Source of the DNA: Anaeromyxobacteraceae bacterium | Lineage (GTDB): Bacteria > Myxococcota > Myxococcia > Myxococcales > Anaeromyxobacteraceae | NCBI GenBank assembly: GCA_032654565.1 | Contig: JAULAX010000015.1 | Span: 1,184,001 to 1,248,000, forward strand | DNA: 64,000 nucleotides | Direction of reading: 5' to 3' | Part shown: positions 1-7,811 of the stretch, piece by piece | How the letters are laid out: the number at the start of each line of letters is the position of its first letter | Position numbering within the stretch: the first letter of the stretch is position 1 | Notes under the pieces: model-generated | Database searches by the model: none | The model's input: the letters and a program-made list of their open reading frames with translations, nothing else | What the model was told of the DNA's origin: nothing | Program-made: the position numbers and the translations under genes

Positions 1-1
1 C

Positions 2-169
2 ACCGAGCTGCCCGAGGTGATCGGCATGGGGGCCGAAGGCGTGGTCTTCGGCGCCGGCGACATCCGCGTCGCCCACCGGACCGGCGAGCGCGTCGCCGTG
101 GCCGAGCTCGAGCGCTGCGCCGAGGTCCTGACCGGGGCCATCGAGCGGTTCTGCGGGCCCGGGCACTGA
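2..169 (+). CDS. argE: 3' end of an M20 metallohydrolase, probably acetylornithine deacetylase (partial)
   Basis: Frame 2 reads TELPEVIGMGAEGVVFGAGDIRVAHRTGERV...*, matching the M20 C-terminal GxGx5HxxxE motif. The gene runs off the window start. Confidence 0.6.
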   Translation, partial: TELPEVIGMGAEGVVFGAGDIRVAHRTGERVAVAELERCAEVLTGAIERFCGPGH

Positions 170-181
170 CCCTTTGGGTTG

Positions 182-235
182 TGGTTGATTTTCAACCAGC
201 TGATGGTTGATTTTCAGCCACGAGCGCTCCAGACT
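182..235 (+). promoter_or_regulatory. Tandem palindromic operator over a sigma70-like promoter
   Basis: TGGTTGA-TTT-TCAACCA (182-198) and TGGTTGA-TTT-TCAGCCA (204-220), 22 bp apart. TTGATT(207)-N17-CAGACT(230). Confidence 0.65.
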
Positions 236-241
236 GCGCTG

Positions 242-1465
242 GTGTTCAAGCGCCACCAGCAGCCGGCCATCGAGGCCGCCCTCTCCGATACCCCGGCCAC
301 CATGCTGGTCGGGCCCCGGCAGAGCGGCAAGACCACGCTGGTCCGCGCCATCGCCGCGGCCAGGGGCAGGAAGGCGAGCTACCACTCGCTCGACGAGCAG
401 GGCGTGCTCGACGCCGCGCTGGCCGATCCGGTCGGCTTCGTCGCCGGTCTCCGTGGGCTGGCGGTCATCGACGAGATCCAGAAGGCGCCGCGCCTCCTCC
501 CGGCCATCAAGGTGGCCATCGACCGCGACCGCCACCCCGGCCGCTTCCTGCTGACCGGCTCGGCCAACGTGCTGGCCCTGCCACGGGTCTCCGAGTCGCT
601 GGCGGGGCGCATGGAGGTGGCCACGCTCTGGCCGCTCTCGCAGGGTGAGCTGGTCGGGCGGCGCGAGGGCTTCATCGACCGGGTGCTGCGCGGTGAGCCG
701 CCGGCCGGGCAGGGTGGTGTGGACATCGTCCCGCGACTCCTCCAGGGCGGCTACCCGGAGGCCGCGACCCGCCTCGACCCGGGCCGTCGGCGAGCCTTCT
801 TCGAGGCCTACCTGACCACCATCGTCACCCGCGACGTCCGCGACGTCGCCGCCATCGAGGATCCCGGCGCGCTCCAGCGGCTGCTCCAGCTCTGCGCCGC
901 CCGGACCGGCGCCACCATGAACCACGCCGAGCTGGGCCGGATCCTGGGCGTGCCGGTCTCGACCATCAAGCGCTACCTGGCGCTGCTCGAGACGCTCTTC
1001 CTGGTCCACCACCTCCCGGCCTGGTCCTCGAACCGGGGCAAGCGGCTGGCCCGGACGCCCAAGCTCCACGTCGTGGACACCGGCCTGGCCATGGTGCTGG
1101 CCGGCGTCGGAGCGGCGGCGCTGGCGCAGGAGCGGACCCTGCTCGGCGCCATGCTCGAGTCCTTCGTGGCCGCCGAGCTCCGCAAGCAGCTCGGCTGGTC
1201 GGAGGCCCGCCCCAACCTGCTCCACTTCCGCTCCCACGCCGGCGCCGAGGTGGACCTGGTGCTCGAGGACGGCCGCGGGCGTGTCGTCGGCGTCGAGGTC
1301 AAGGCCACCAGCACCCCCTCGTCGTCCGACTTCAAGGGGCTCCGGGCGCTGGCCGAGACCGCCGGGAAGGCCTTCGTGCAGGGGATCGTCCTGCACCTCG
1401 GCGCCCGCCCGCTCGTCTTCGGACCCACCCTGACCGCCTGCCCGATCGATGCGCTCTGGGAGTGA
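242..1465 (+). CDS. AAA_14 ATPase with DUF4143 (wHTH and PD-(D/E)xK-like C-terminus)
   Basis: GPRQSGKTT Walker A, VIDEIQ Walker B, LLTGSA, GGYP, and EVDLVLE...VEVKA. GTG start at 242 preferred over 179. Confidence 0.9.
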   Translation: MFKRHQQPAIEAALSDTPATMLVGPRQSGKTTLVRAIAAARGRKASYHSLDEQGVLDAALADPVGFVAGLRGLAVIDEIQKAPRLLPAIKVAIDRDRHPGRFLLTGSANVLALPRVSESLAGRMEVATLWPLSQGELVGRREGFIDRVLRGEPPAGQGGVDIVPRLLQGGYPEAATRLDPGRRRAFFEAYLTTIVTRDVRDVAAIEDPGALQRLLQLCAARTGATMNHAELGRILGVPVSTIKRYLALLETLFLVHHLPAWSSNRGKRLARTPKLHVVDTGLAMVLAGVGAAALAQERTLLGAMLESFVAAELRKQLGWSEARPNLLHFRSHAGAEVDLVLEDGRGRVVGVEVKATSTPSSSDFKGLRALAETAGKAFVQGIVLHLGARPLVFGPTLTACPIDALWE

Positions 1466-1510
1466 GGGGGCCCCGGACGGGACGGCCCGGAACCGGCTAC
1501 AATGCCCGCC

Positions 1511-2302
1511 GTGACCACGCTCCGGTTCACCAAGTACCACGGCCTCGGCAACGACTTCGTGGTCGTCGACGGCCCGCGCATGGACGCGGCCCGCGCCGTG
1601 CGGCTCTGCGACCGCCACCGCGGCCTCGGCGCCGACGGGGTGCTGACCATCCTCTCGCCCCGCTCCCCGGGCGCGGTGGCCACCATGCACGTCACCAACG
1701 CCGACGGCTCGGTCGCCACCATGTGCGGCAACGGCATCCGCTGCGTGGCCCGCCACCTGGCCGACACCCGCGGCCTCTCCGGCCAGCTCACCATCGACAC
1801 CGACGCCGGCCCGCGCGCCTGCACCATCCACCGCGACGCCGCCGGCCAGGTCATCGAGGTCTCGGTGGAGATGGGCCCGGCCCGCGTCGACGAGGACCAG
1901 CGCTTCACCGTGGGCGAGGAGCGGCTGCGCGCCATGCGCGTCGACCTCGGCAACCCCCACGCGGTGCTCTTCGACGATCCCACCCGCGAGCGGGCCGGCG
2001 AGATCGGGCCGGCCATCGAGCGCCAGGTGCCCGGCGGCGTCAACGTCGGCTTCGCCCGCGCCGGCGTCGACGGCCTCGACCTGGTGGTCTGGGAGCGGGG
2101 CTGCGGCCTCACCGACGCCTGCGGCACCGGGGCCTGCGCCGCGGCGGTGGCCTCGGTCCAGTCCGGGGTGCTCCCGGCCGACCGCCCCCTCCAGGTGCGG
2201 CTCCCCGGCGGCGCCCTCACCATCACCGTCTCCGCCGACCTGGCCCGCGTCACCATGCGCGGCCCGGCCGAGCGGGTCTACCAGGGCGAGACCGGGCTCT
2301 AG
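1511..2302 (+). CDS. dapF: Diaminopimelate epimerase
   Basis: FTKYHGLGNDF, MCGNGIRC, GNPH, WERG and ACGTGACA motifs. The start could also be ATG 1502. Confidence 0.95.
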   Translation: MTTLRFTKYHGLGNDFVVVDGPRMDAARAVRLCDRHRGLGADGVLTILSPRSPGAVATMHVTNADGSVATMCGNGIRCVARHLADTRGLSGQLTIDTDAGPRACTIHRDAAGQVIEVSVEMGPARVDEDQRFTVGEERLRAMRVDLGNPHAVLFDDPTRERAGEIGPAIERQVPGGVNVGFARAGVDGLDLVVWERGCGLTDACGTGACAAAVASVQSGVLPADRPLQVRLPGGALTITVSADLARVTMRGPAERVYQGETGL

Positions 2303-2305
2303 CGC

Positions 2306-3781
2306 ATGACCTCGCCGCGGCCGCCCGCCTTCGACGACGAGCGCTTCTTCCGCGACGCCCTGCAGCTCCTCGGCACCCTCGACCTGGAGCAGCTGCAGGA
2401 GCTGGCGCTGCAGGTGCTGGCCCGGGTCACCGACGCCCAGGGGGCGGCGCTCTGGGTGGCCGACGAGCGCGGCGCCCTCACCCTGCGCGGCTACCGCGGC
2501 GTGGTCGACCGCGGCGCCCTCTCCCCCCGCATCGACCCGCACGACGAGCCCTGGGCCGGGGCGGTGGCGCGGCCGGCGGCGCTGCCGGCGCCCGGGCTCC
2601 GGCCCGGCGAGGCCTTCTACGTGCCGCTGGTGGCCAACGACGAGCTGCTCGGGCTGGCCCTGCTGGCCGACCGGGCCAGCGGCCGCTTCGGCGCCGACGA
2701 GCAGGCCGCCGCCCTGGCGGTGGCCGGCTTCACCGCCATCGCCGTCCGCAACGCCCGCCGCTTCCAGGCCCTGGAGCGGGTCGGGCTGCGCGACCGCGAG
2801 ACCGGCGCCTACAACCTGGCCTACTTCGTCGACTACGCCGGCAAGGAGTTCTACAAGGCCCGCCGCTACTCCCGGGCCTTCTCGCTGGTGGTCATCTCCA
2901 TCGACAACGTCGACCAGCTGCGCAAGGCCGGCGGGCGCGACCTCTACCGGCGCGCCATGCGCGACCTGGTCGGCGCCGTCTCCCGCGTCATCCGCGACGC
3001 CGACATCCTCGCCAAGGTCACCGAGAGCGAATACTACCTGCTGCTCCCCGAGACCGATCCCTTCGGCGCCCAGCTCTTCCTGCGGCGCGCCGCCGAGGAG
3101 ATCCGCGGCGAGCCCTCCATCCGCCTGCTCGAGGAGCAGGCCCCGGTGCTGGTGAGCATGGGGGCGGCCGCCTTCCCGAGGGACGGCGAGGACTTCGACG
3201 AGCTGCTCCACTGGGCCCGCCAGCGCGTCGAGGCCCAGCGCGGCTCGCTGGTGCGCCGGCTCCAGCTCGGCGACCTGGAGCGGACCGCCTTCTGGGAGCT
3301 CGCCGACCTGCTCATCTCCGGCGCCCCCCACCTGGCCGACAGCAGCCCCTCGGCGCGGCGCCCCGCCGACCCCGAGGCCTTCGCGGCGGTGCAGCGCGAG
3401 GTGGCCCGCGAGCTGGGCCGCGACCCGCGCGCCCGCGGCCTGGTCTACGTGGGCGGCCCGGGGCTGGCCCGCGCCCCGCTGCGCGAGGCCCTCCCCGCCG
3501 CCGAGTCCACCGCCCGCGCCGGCGACGCCTCGGCCCACGTCTACCTGCTCGGCCCCCGCGGCGGCGACCGGCCCGGCACGCCCCACCCCCAGGTCACCGA
3601 GGTCTGGCTCGACGGCGACCAGCGGCTCGGCGGCCACCAGTTCCTGCTCCACCTCTCCGAGCAGGGGGGCTACGCCTGGCTCTCCAGCCAGGACGGCCGC
3701 GCCTTCCACACCTCCGACGTGCCGCTGGTCGACGCCCTGGTGCAGCGCCTCCAGGCCCTCTACGACCTGCAGCCCCTCTAG
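2306..3781 (+). CDS. GAF plus degenerate GGDEF domain protein
   Basis: N-terminal GAF (FYVPLVANDELLG...RFGADE), DRETGAYN, I-site RDAD five residues before TESEY (in place of GGDEF), SMGAAAFP. Confidence 0.8.
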   Translation: MTSPRPPAFDDERFFRDALQLLGTLDLEQLQELALQVLARVTDAQGAALWVADERGALTLRGYRGVVDRGALSPRIDPHDEPWAGAVARPAALPAPGLRPGEAFYVPLVANDELLGLALLADRASGRFGADEQAAALAVAGFTAIAVRNARRFQALERVGLRDRETGAYNLAYFVDYAGKEFYKARRYSRAFSLVVISIDNVDQLRKAGGRDLYRRAMRDLVGAVSRVIRDADILAKVTESEYYLLLPETDPFGAQLFLRRAAEEIRGEPSIRLLEEQAPVLVSMGAAAFPRDGEDFDELLHWARQRVEAQRGSLVRRLQLGDLERTAFWELADLLISGAPHLADSSPSARRPADPEAFAAVQREVARELGRDPRARGLVYVGGPGLARAPLREALPAAESTARAGDASAHVYLLGPRGGDRPGTPHPQVTEVWLDGDQRLGGHQFLLHLSEQGGYAWLSSQDGRAFHTSDVPLVDALVQRLQALYDLQPL

Positions 3782-3793
3782 CCCGGTCCCGCC

Positions 3794-5251
3794 ATGCCCC
3801 CGGTCCGAAAGATCCTCATCGCCGACCCCGACCCGGAGACGGTGCGCCTGCTGGCCCCGCCGCTGCGGCAGCGCGGCTACCAGGTCCACGCCGCCCGCGA
3901 CGGCTCCCGGGCGCTGCAGGTGGCCATCCTGCGCTTCCCCGACCTGGTCATCTTCGACGAGCTCTCGCCGCTGCTCGACGCCCGCACCTTCGTCCGCATC
4001 CTGCGCACCAACCCGCGCACCGAGCGGATCCCGGTGCTGCTCACCGGCGAGGGCGAGGACCCGGAGCGGACCCGCCTCGGCACCTGGCTGCGCAAGCCGC
4101 TGCGGCTCGACGAGGTGCTGGCCCGCGTCGAGCAGCTCTTCCGGCGGGCCGACGCCACCCAGGCCGCCGGCGCCGCCGCCGACCTGGAGGGCAACCTCGC
4201 CCAGCTCCCGCTCACCGACCTGCTGCAGATCCTCTCGGTCAACCGGCGCTCCGGCCAGCTCTCGGTGGAGCGCGGCGGCGAGCGGGCCGAGGTCTTCCTG
4301 CGCGAGGGGCGGGTCATCGACGCCCGCTTCGGCCTGGCCGGCGGCGAGAAGGCGCTCTGGCGGCTGCTCACCCGGCACGAGGGGCAGTTCACCTTCGCCC
4401 CCGGCGAGCCGCCCGGTCCCGACCGGATCTCCCGGCGGCTCGACGACCTGCTCCTGGAGGGGCTGCGCCAGGCCGACGAGCTGGCCCGGCTGCTCCCCGC
4501 CCTGCCGGCGCCGGGCGAGACCGTGGAGCTGGCGGTCCACCCCGGCGAGATCCCGGCCGGCCTCCACCCCGTCACCGCCGAGGTGGTGGTCAACCTGCGG
4601 GCCCCCTGCCGGGTGGCCGAGCTCATCGACCGCTGCGCCGCCTCCGACCTCGAGTCGGCCCGGGCGCTGCAGGCGCTGCTGGAGCACGGCTACGCCCGCC
4701 TGGCCCCGGCGGCGGCCCCCCCGGTGGAGCCGGAGGCGCTGCTGGCCCACCACGAGCTGCACGCCTTCCGCACCCGGGTCGGGCGCGGGCGGGCCTCGGG
4801 GGGGCGCACCATCGGCAAGGTGGTGGTGACCGGCGGCGGCCCGCTCTCGCGACGGGCGGCGCTGGCCCGCTTCGCGGCGCTGCCGGGCTTCCAGGCCACC
4901 GCGGCCGACGGCGAGGCCGTCCACTTCGGCACCCTGGGGCGGCTCAACCTGGGCGAGGGCGTGCGGGTGGACCTGGTGGAGCTGCCCGGCGAGCCGGAGC
5001 AGCGCCCGCTCTGGCGGCCGTTCGGGGCCGGGGCGGTGGGGGCGCTGGTGCTGCTCCCGGTGGACAGCGACGGCCTGCTCGAGGAGCTGGTGCGGGTGCT
5101 GCAGGTGCCGGTGGTGGTCTGCGGTCCGGCCGGGGCCGAGCTGCCCTCGCCGCTGCGCGACCACCCGGCGGGCGTCACCGCCGGCGGCAGCGACGCCGCC
5201 GAGGCGCTGCGGGCGCTGCTGGCCGGGGCCGGGGCGCGCGCCGCCTACTGA
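3794..5251 (+). CDS. Response regulator: REC + DUF4388 (PATAN-like) + degenerate small-GTPase-like C-terminus
   Basis: KILIAD...PDLVIFD...LRKP receiver; LEGNLAQLPLTDLLQIL...SGQL...LLLEGLRQADE (DUF4388); the C-terminus aligns by eye to MglA. Confidence 0.8.
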   Translation: MPPVRKILIADPDPETVRLLAPPLRQRGYQVHAARDGSRALQVAILRFPDLVIFDELSPLLDARTFVRILRTNPRTERIPVLLTGEGEDPERTRLGTWLRKPLRLDEVLARVEQLFRRADATQAAGAAADLEGNLAQLPLTDLLQILSVNRRSGQLSVERGGERAEVFLREGRVIDARFGLAGGEKALWRLLTRHEGQFTFAPGEPPGPDRISRRLDDLLLEGLRQADELARLLPALPAPGETVELAVHPGEIPAGLHPVTAEVVVNLRAPCRVAELIDRCAASDLESARALQALLEHGYARLAPAAAPPVEPEALLAHHELHAFRTRVGRGRASGGRTIGKVVVTGGGPLSRRAALARFAALPGFQATAADGEAVHFGTLGRLNLGEGVRVDLVELPGEPEQRPLWRPFGAGAVGALVLLPVDSDGLLEELVRVLQVPVVVCGPAGAELPSPLRDHPAGVTAGGSDAAEALRALLAGAGARAAY

Positions 5252-5265
5252 CGGGCGGCGCGGCG

Positions 5266-5285
5266 GCGATCGCGGCTGCGATCGC
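5266..5285. terminator. Hairpin between convergent genes
   Basis: GCGATCGC-GGCT-GCGATCGC inverted repeat between stops at 5251 and 5294. No U-tract. Confidence 0.4.
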
Positions 5286-5293
5286 GGGCGGAA

Positions 5294-5731
5294 TTACTGG
5301 CCGCTGGCGCGGCCGTCGCGCTGGGCGTTCAGGTAGTCGACCAGGCGGCGGTCGGTCCGGCAGATGTGCTCGCAGAGCCAGGCGGTCACCCGGTTGCCGA
5401 ACTTGATGACGAAGACCGGACCGGCCCCGTCGGCCCGGTAGTCCTGGAAGAGCCGGGCGTACTCGGCCACGAAGCGCTGGTGCTCGTCGTGGTGGGTGGC
5501 CATCTCCGGGTAGCCGGCCTCGGCCATGATCCGCTCCTCGGCCTCGAAGTGGTGGACCACGTAGTCGCCCAGGAAGGTGAGCAGCCGCCCCACCTCGGTG
5601 CGGGCCCGCCGGTCGCGGGTGGCGGCCAGCAGCTGGTCGATGCGCCGGAAGAGCTCGCGGTGCTGCTCGTCGATGTCCGGCTCGCCGGTCTCCAGGCTCT
5701 TGTCCCAGCTGATCTGGATCCGGACCTCCAT
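5294..5731 (-). CDS. Bacteriohemerythrin
   Basis: W...TG..DIDEQHRELF, HFEAEE, H..EH, WL.EHI...D. Confidence 0.92.
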   Translation of the reverse strand: MEVRIQISWDKSLETGEPDIDEQHRELFRRIDQLLAATRDRRARTEVGRLLTFLGDYVVHHFEAEERIMAEAGYPEMATHHDEHQRFVAEYARLFQDYRADGAGPVFVIKFGNRVTAWLCEHICRTDRRLVDYLNAQRDGRASGQ

Positions 5732-5776
5732 GCGGCACGCCTCCTGGTCACTCCCCCGTGCGGGGGTGCGAGCCTA

Positions 5777-6304
5777 TCACGCCGAACGAGGGGCGCCAGA
5801 GGCCGGGGGCCCGGCGGGGGAGGGGGCGGCCCCGGTCGGCGAGCCGGACGCTGCGGCCGTGCCCCGGCCTGCCGAGGCGCCGGCGGCGGCGGCCCGGGCG
5901 GCGGTGACGAACTGGCCCAGGGCCACGTCGGCCACGTAGACGTGGTCGCGGATCCAGGCCACCACCTCGCGCTCCAGCCGCAGCACCCGCTCGGCGCTGG
6001 CGCCGCGCTGCCGCATGGTGGCGTCCAGCTCCAGCATCGAGCCGGCGAAGGCGGCGTGCTCGGCGGCGTGGGCGGCGGCGTCGGGGTAGCGGTGCTCGCG
6101 CATCAGCCGCTCCTCGGCGGCGAAGTGGAGCACCACGTGCTCGCGCAGGAAGCTGGCCAGCGTGGCGGCCTCGCCGCGGTCGCCGCGGAGCATGGCGTCG
6201 AGCAGCCGGTCGACGCGCTCGAAGAGCTCGCGGTGCTGGGCGTCGAGGTCGGCGACCCCGAGCGACAGCGTGCTGGACCATTGAAGCGCCACCAGTTCCC
6301 CCAC
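5777..6304 (-). CDS. Bacteriohemerythrin with Ala-rich tail
   Basis: LDAQHRELF, HFAAEE, HAAEH, WIRDHVYVAD. Confidence 0.92.
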   Translation of the reverse strand: MGELVALQWSSTLSLGVADLDAQHRELFERVDRLLDAMLRGDRGEAATLASFLREHVVLHFAAEERLMREHRYPDAAAHAAEHAAFAGSMLELDATMRQRGASAERVLRLEREVVAWIRDHVYVADVALGQFVTAARAAAAGASAGRGTAAASGSPTGAAPSPAGPPASGAPRSA

Positions 6305-6373
6305 GGACGGTGCGTCCTGCCAATGTCCGCAGTGTAGGTGGATCGGCGCGAGAACACACGAGACCGGCTCGGG

Positions 6374-6410
6374 GTGCGTGAATTGACGCTGGAGTGCGCC
6401 AATTGACGCT
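6374..6410. promoter_or_regulatory. Direct-repeat regulator site upstream of the hemerythrin pair
   Basis: GTGCG-NN-AATTGACGCT occurs twice with a 20-bp period (cores at 6381-6390 and 6401-6410). Confidence 0.5.
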
Positions 6411-6425
6411 CCCGCAGAGGGCGGG

Positions 6426-7811
6426 TCAGGCGGGGAGCGGGCCGCGGTCGGCGAGCCGCTCGACGGCGCGCCTTTGCCGTGCCCCAGCGTGTCCCACCAC
6501 CACGCCGACCAGCCGAGTCCGGCGGAAGGTGGCGGCCGCCACCTTCTGCAGGGCGGCCGGCGTCACCGCCTCCACTCTCCGGCAACGGGCCTCGAACCCC
6601 TCCGGCGACGACAGCACCTCGCCGGCGCCGTACCAGCCCACCAGGTCGGCGGGGCTGTCGAGCGAGAAGGCCAGCATCATCCGGTGGCGCCGCTGCACCC
6701 GCAGCAGCTCCGCCTCCGGCACCGGCTTCTCGGCCAGCTCGGCCAGCACCAGCAGGATCCGCTCCAGCACCCGGGCCAGCTTGCGCGGCGAGCAGGCGCC
6801 GTCGATCACCAGCATGCCGGCGTCGGTGAAGGTGTCGAGGCCGCAGTGGAGCGAGTAGGCCAGGCCGCGCTTCTCCACCACCTCGAAGGGCAGGCGCGAG
6901 GAGAGGCCGTCGTCGAGCACCCGCCGCAGCATCAGGAAGGCCGGGTAGTCGGGGTGCAGCTCGGGCGGGCAGGGGAAGGCCAGGGTGAACTCGGCCTGGG
7001 CGTCGTCGTGCTCCACCAGCTCCAGGCGCGGGCCGTCCGGCCAGGGCGGCGGCGGGCGGTCCACCGAGCGGACGCCGCGGGGGAGCTCCCCGAGGTGGCG
7101 GTGGGCCAGCTCCAGCACCTCGGCGTGGCGCACCGGGCCGGCCACCGCCAGCACCAGGTTCTCGCCGGTGTAGAAGCGGTCGAGGTGGGCCTTGGCGTGG
7201 CGGCGGGTCAGCCCCTTCACCGAGGCCGGGGTGCCGCCGATCTTGCGGGCCAGCGGGTGATCGCCGAAGACCAGCCGCTTCACCAGGTTGTCCGGGTCGA
7301 TGTCGCGGCCGTCGGTGTCCACCTCGTCGAGGATCTCCTCCAGGATCACCTCGCGCTCCACCTCGATCTCCTTGAGCAGCGGGCGGCGCACCATCTCCCC
7401 CAGCACCGAGAGGCCGGTGGAGAGCTCGGTGGGGTGGAGCGGGGTGTAGTAGGCGCCGTGGTCGCGGGCGGTGACCCCGTTCAGGTTGCCGCCGGCGCTC
7501 TCGATGGCGGCGTTCATGGCCACCGAGTCGGGCCAGCCGGTGGAGCCGCGGAAGAGCAGGTGCTCGAGGAAGTGCGAGACGCCGTTGACCGCGGCCGACT
7601 CGTGGCGCGAGCCGGCCCGGACGTAGAGCGCCGCCATGGCCGAGTGCAGCCCCGGGGCGCTGGCGGTGAGCACCCGCAGGCCGTTCCCGAGCTCGTCCCG
7701 CTGCAGCCGGCCCCAGCTGTCGCCGTCGAGCCGGTGGAGCAGGGCGCTGCGACCCCGGGTCCCGGGGCGGGCGCCGCCGGGCGAGGCGCGCTTGATGCGT
7801 CGCTTGGTCAT
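6426..7811 (-). CDS. M16 family zinc peptidase
   Basis: HFLEH (HxxEH), IEVEREVILEE, SSRL..EVVEKRGLAY. ATG 7811 overlaps the upstream stop (ATGA). Confidence 0.9.
   Translation of the reverse strand: MTKRRIKRASPGGARPGTRGRSALLHRLDGDSWGRLQRDELGNGLRVLTASAPGLHSAMAALYVRAGSRHESAAVNGVSHFLEHLLFRGSTGWPDSVAMNAAIESAGGNLNGVTARDHGAYYTPLHPTELSTGLSVLGEMVRRPLLKEIEVEREVILEEILDEVDTDGRDIDPDNLVKRLVFGDHPLARKIGGTPASVKGLTRRHAKAHLDRFYTGENLVLAVAGPVRHAEVLELAHRHLGELPRGVRSVDRPPPPWPDGPRLELVEHDDAQAEFTLAFPCPPELHPDYPAFLMLRRVLDDGLSSRLPFEVVEKRGLAYSLHCGLDTFTDAGMLVIDGACSPRKLARVLERILLVLAELAEKPVPEAELLRVQRRHRMMLAFSLDSPADLVGWYGAGEVLSSPEGFEARCRRVEAVTPAALQKVAAATFRRTRLVGVVVGHAGARQRRAVERLADRGPLPA

Noticed and set aside
1462..5406. Very long alternative-frame ORFs (this 1314-aa ORF, and also 7949-10408, 17092-19944, 24187-26820, 50947-53670)
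   Set aside because: Arg/Pro/Gly-rich shadow frames caused by high GC; they overlap well-supported genes.
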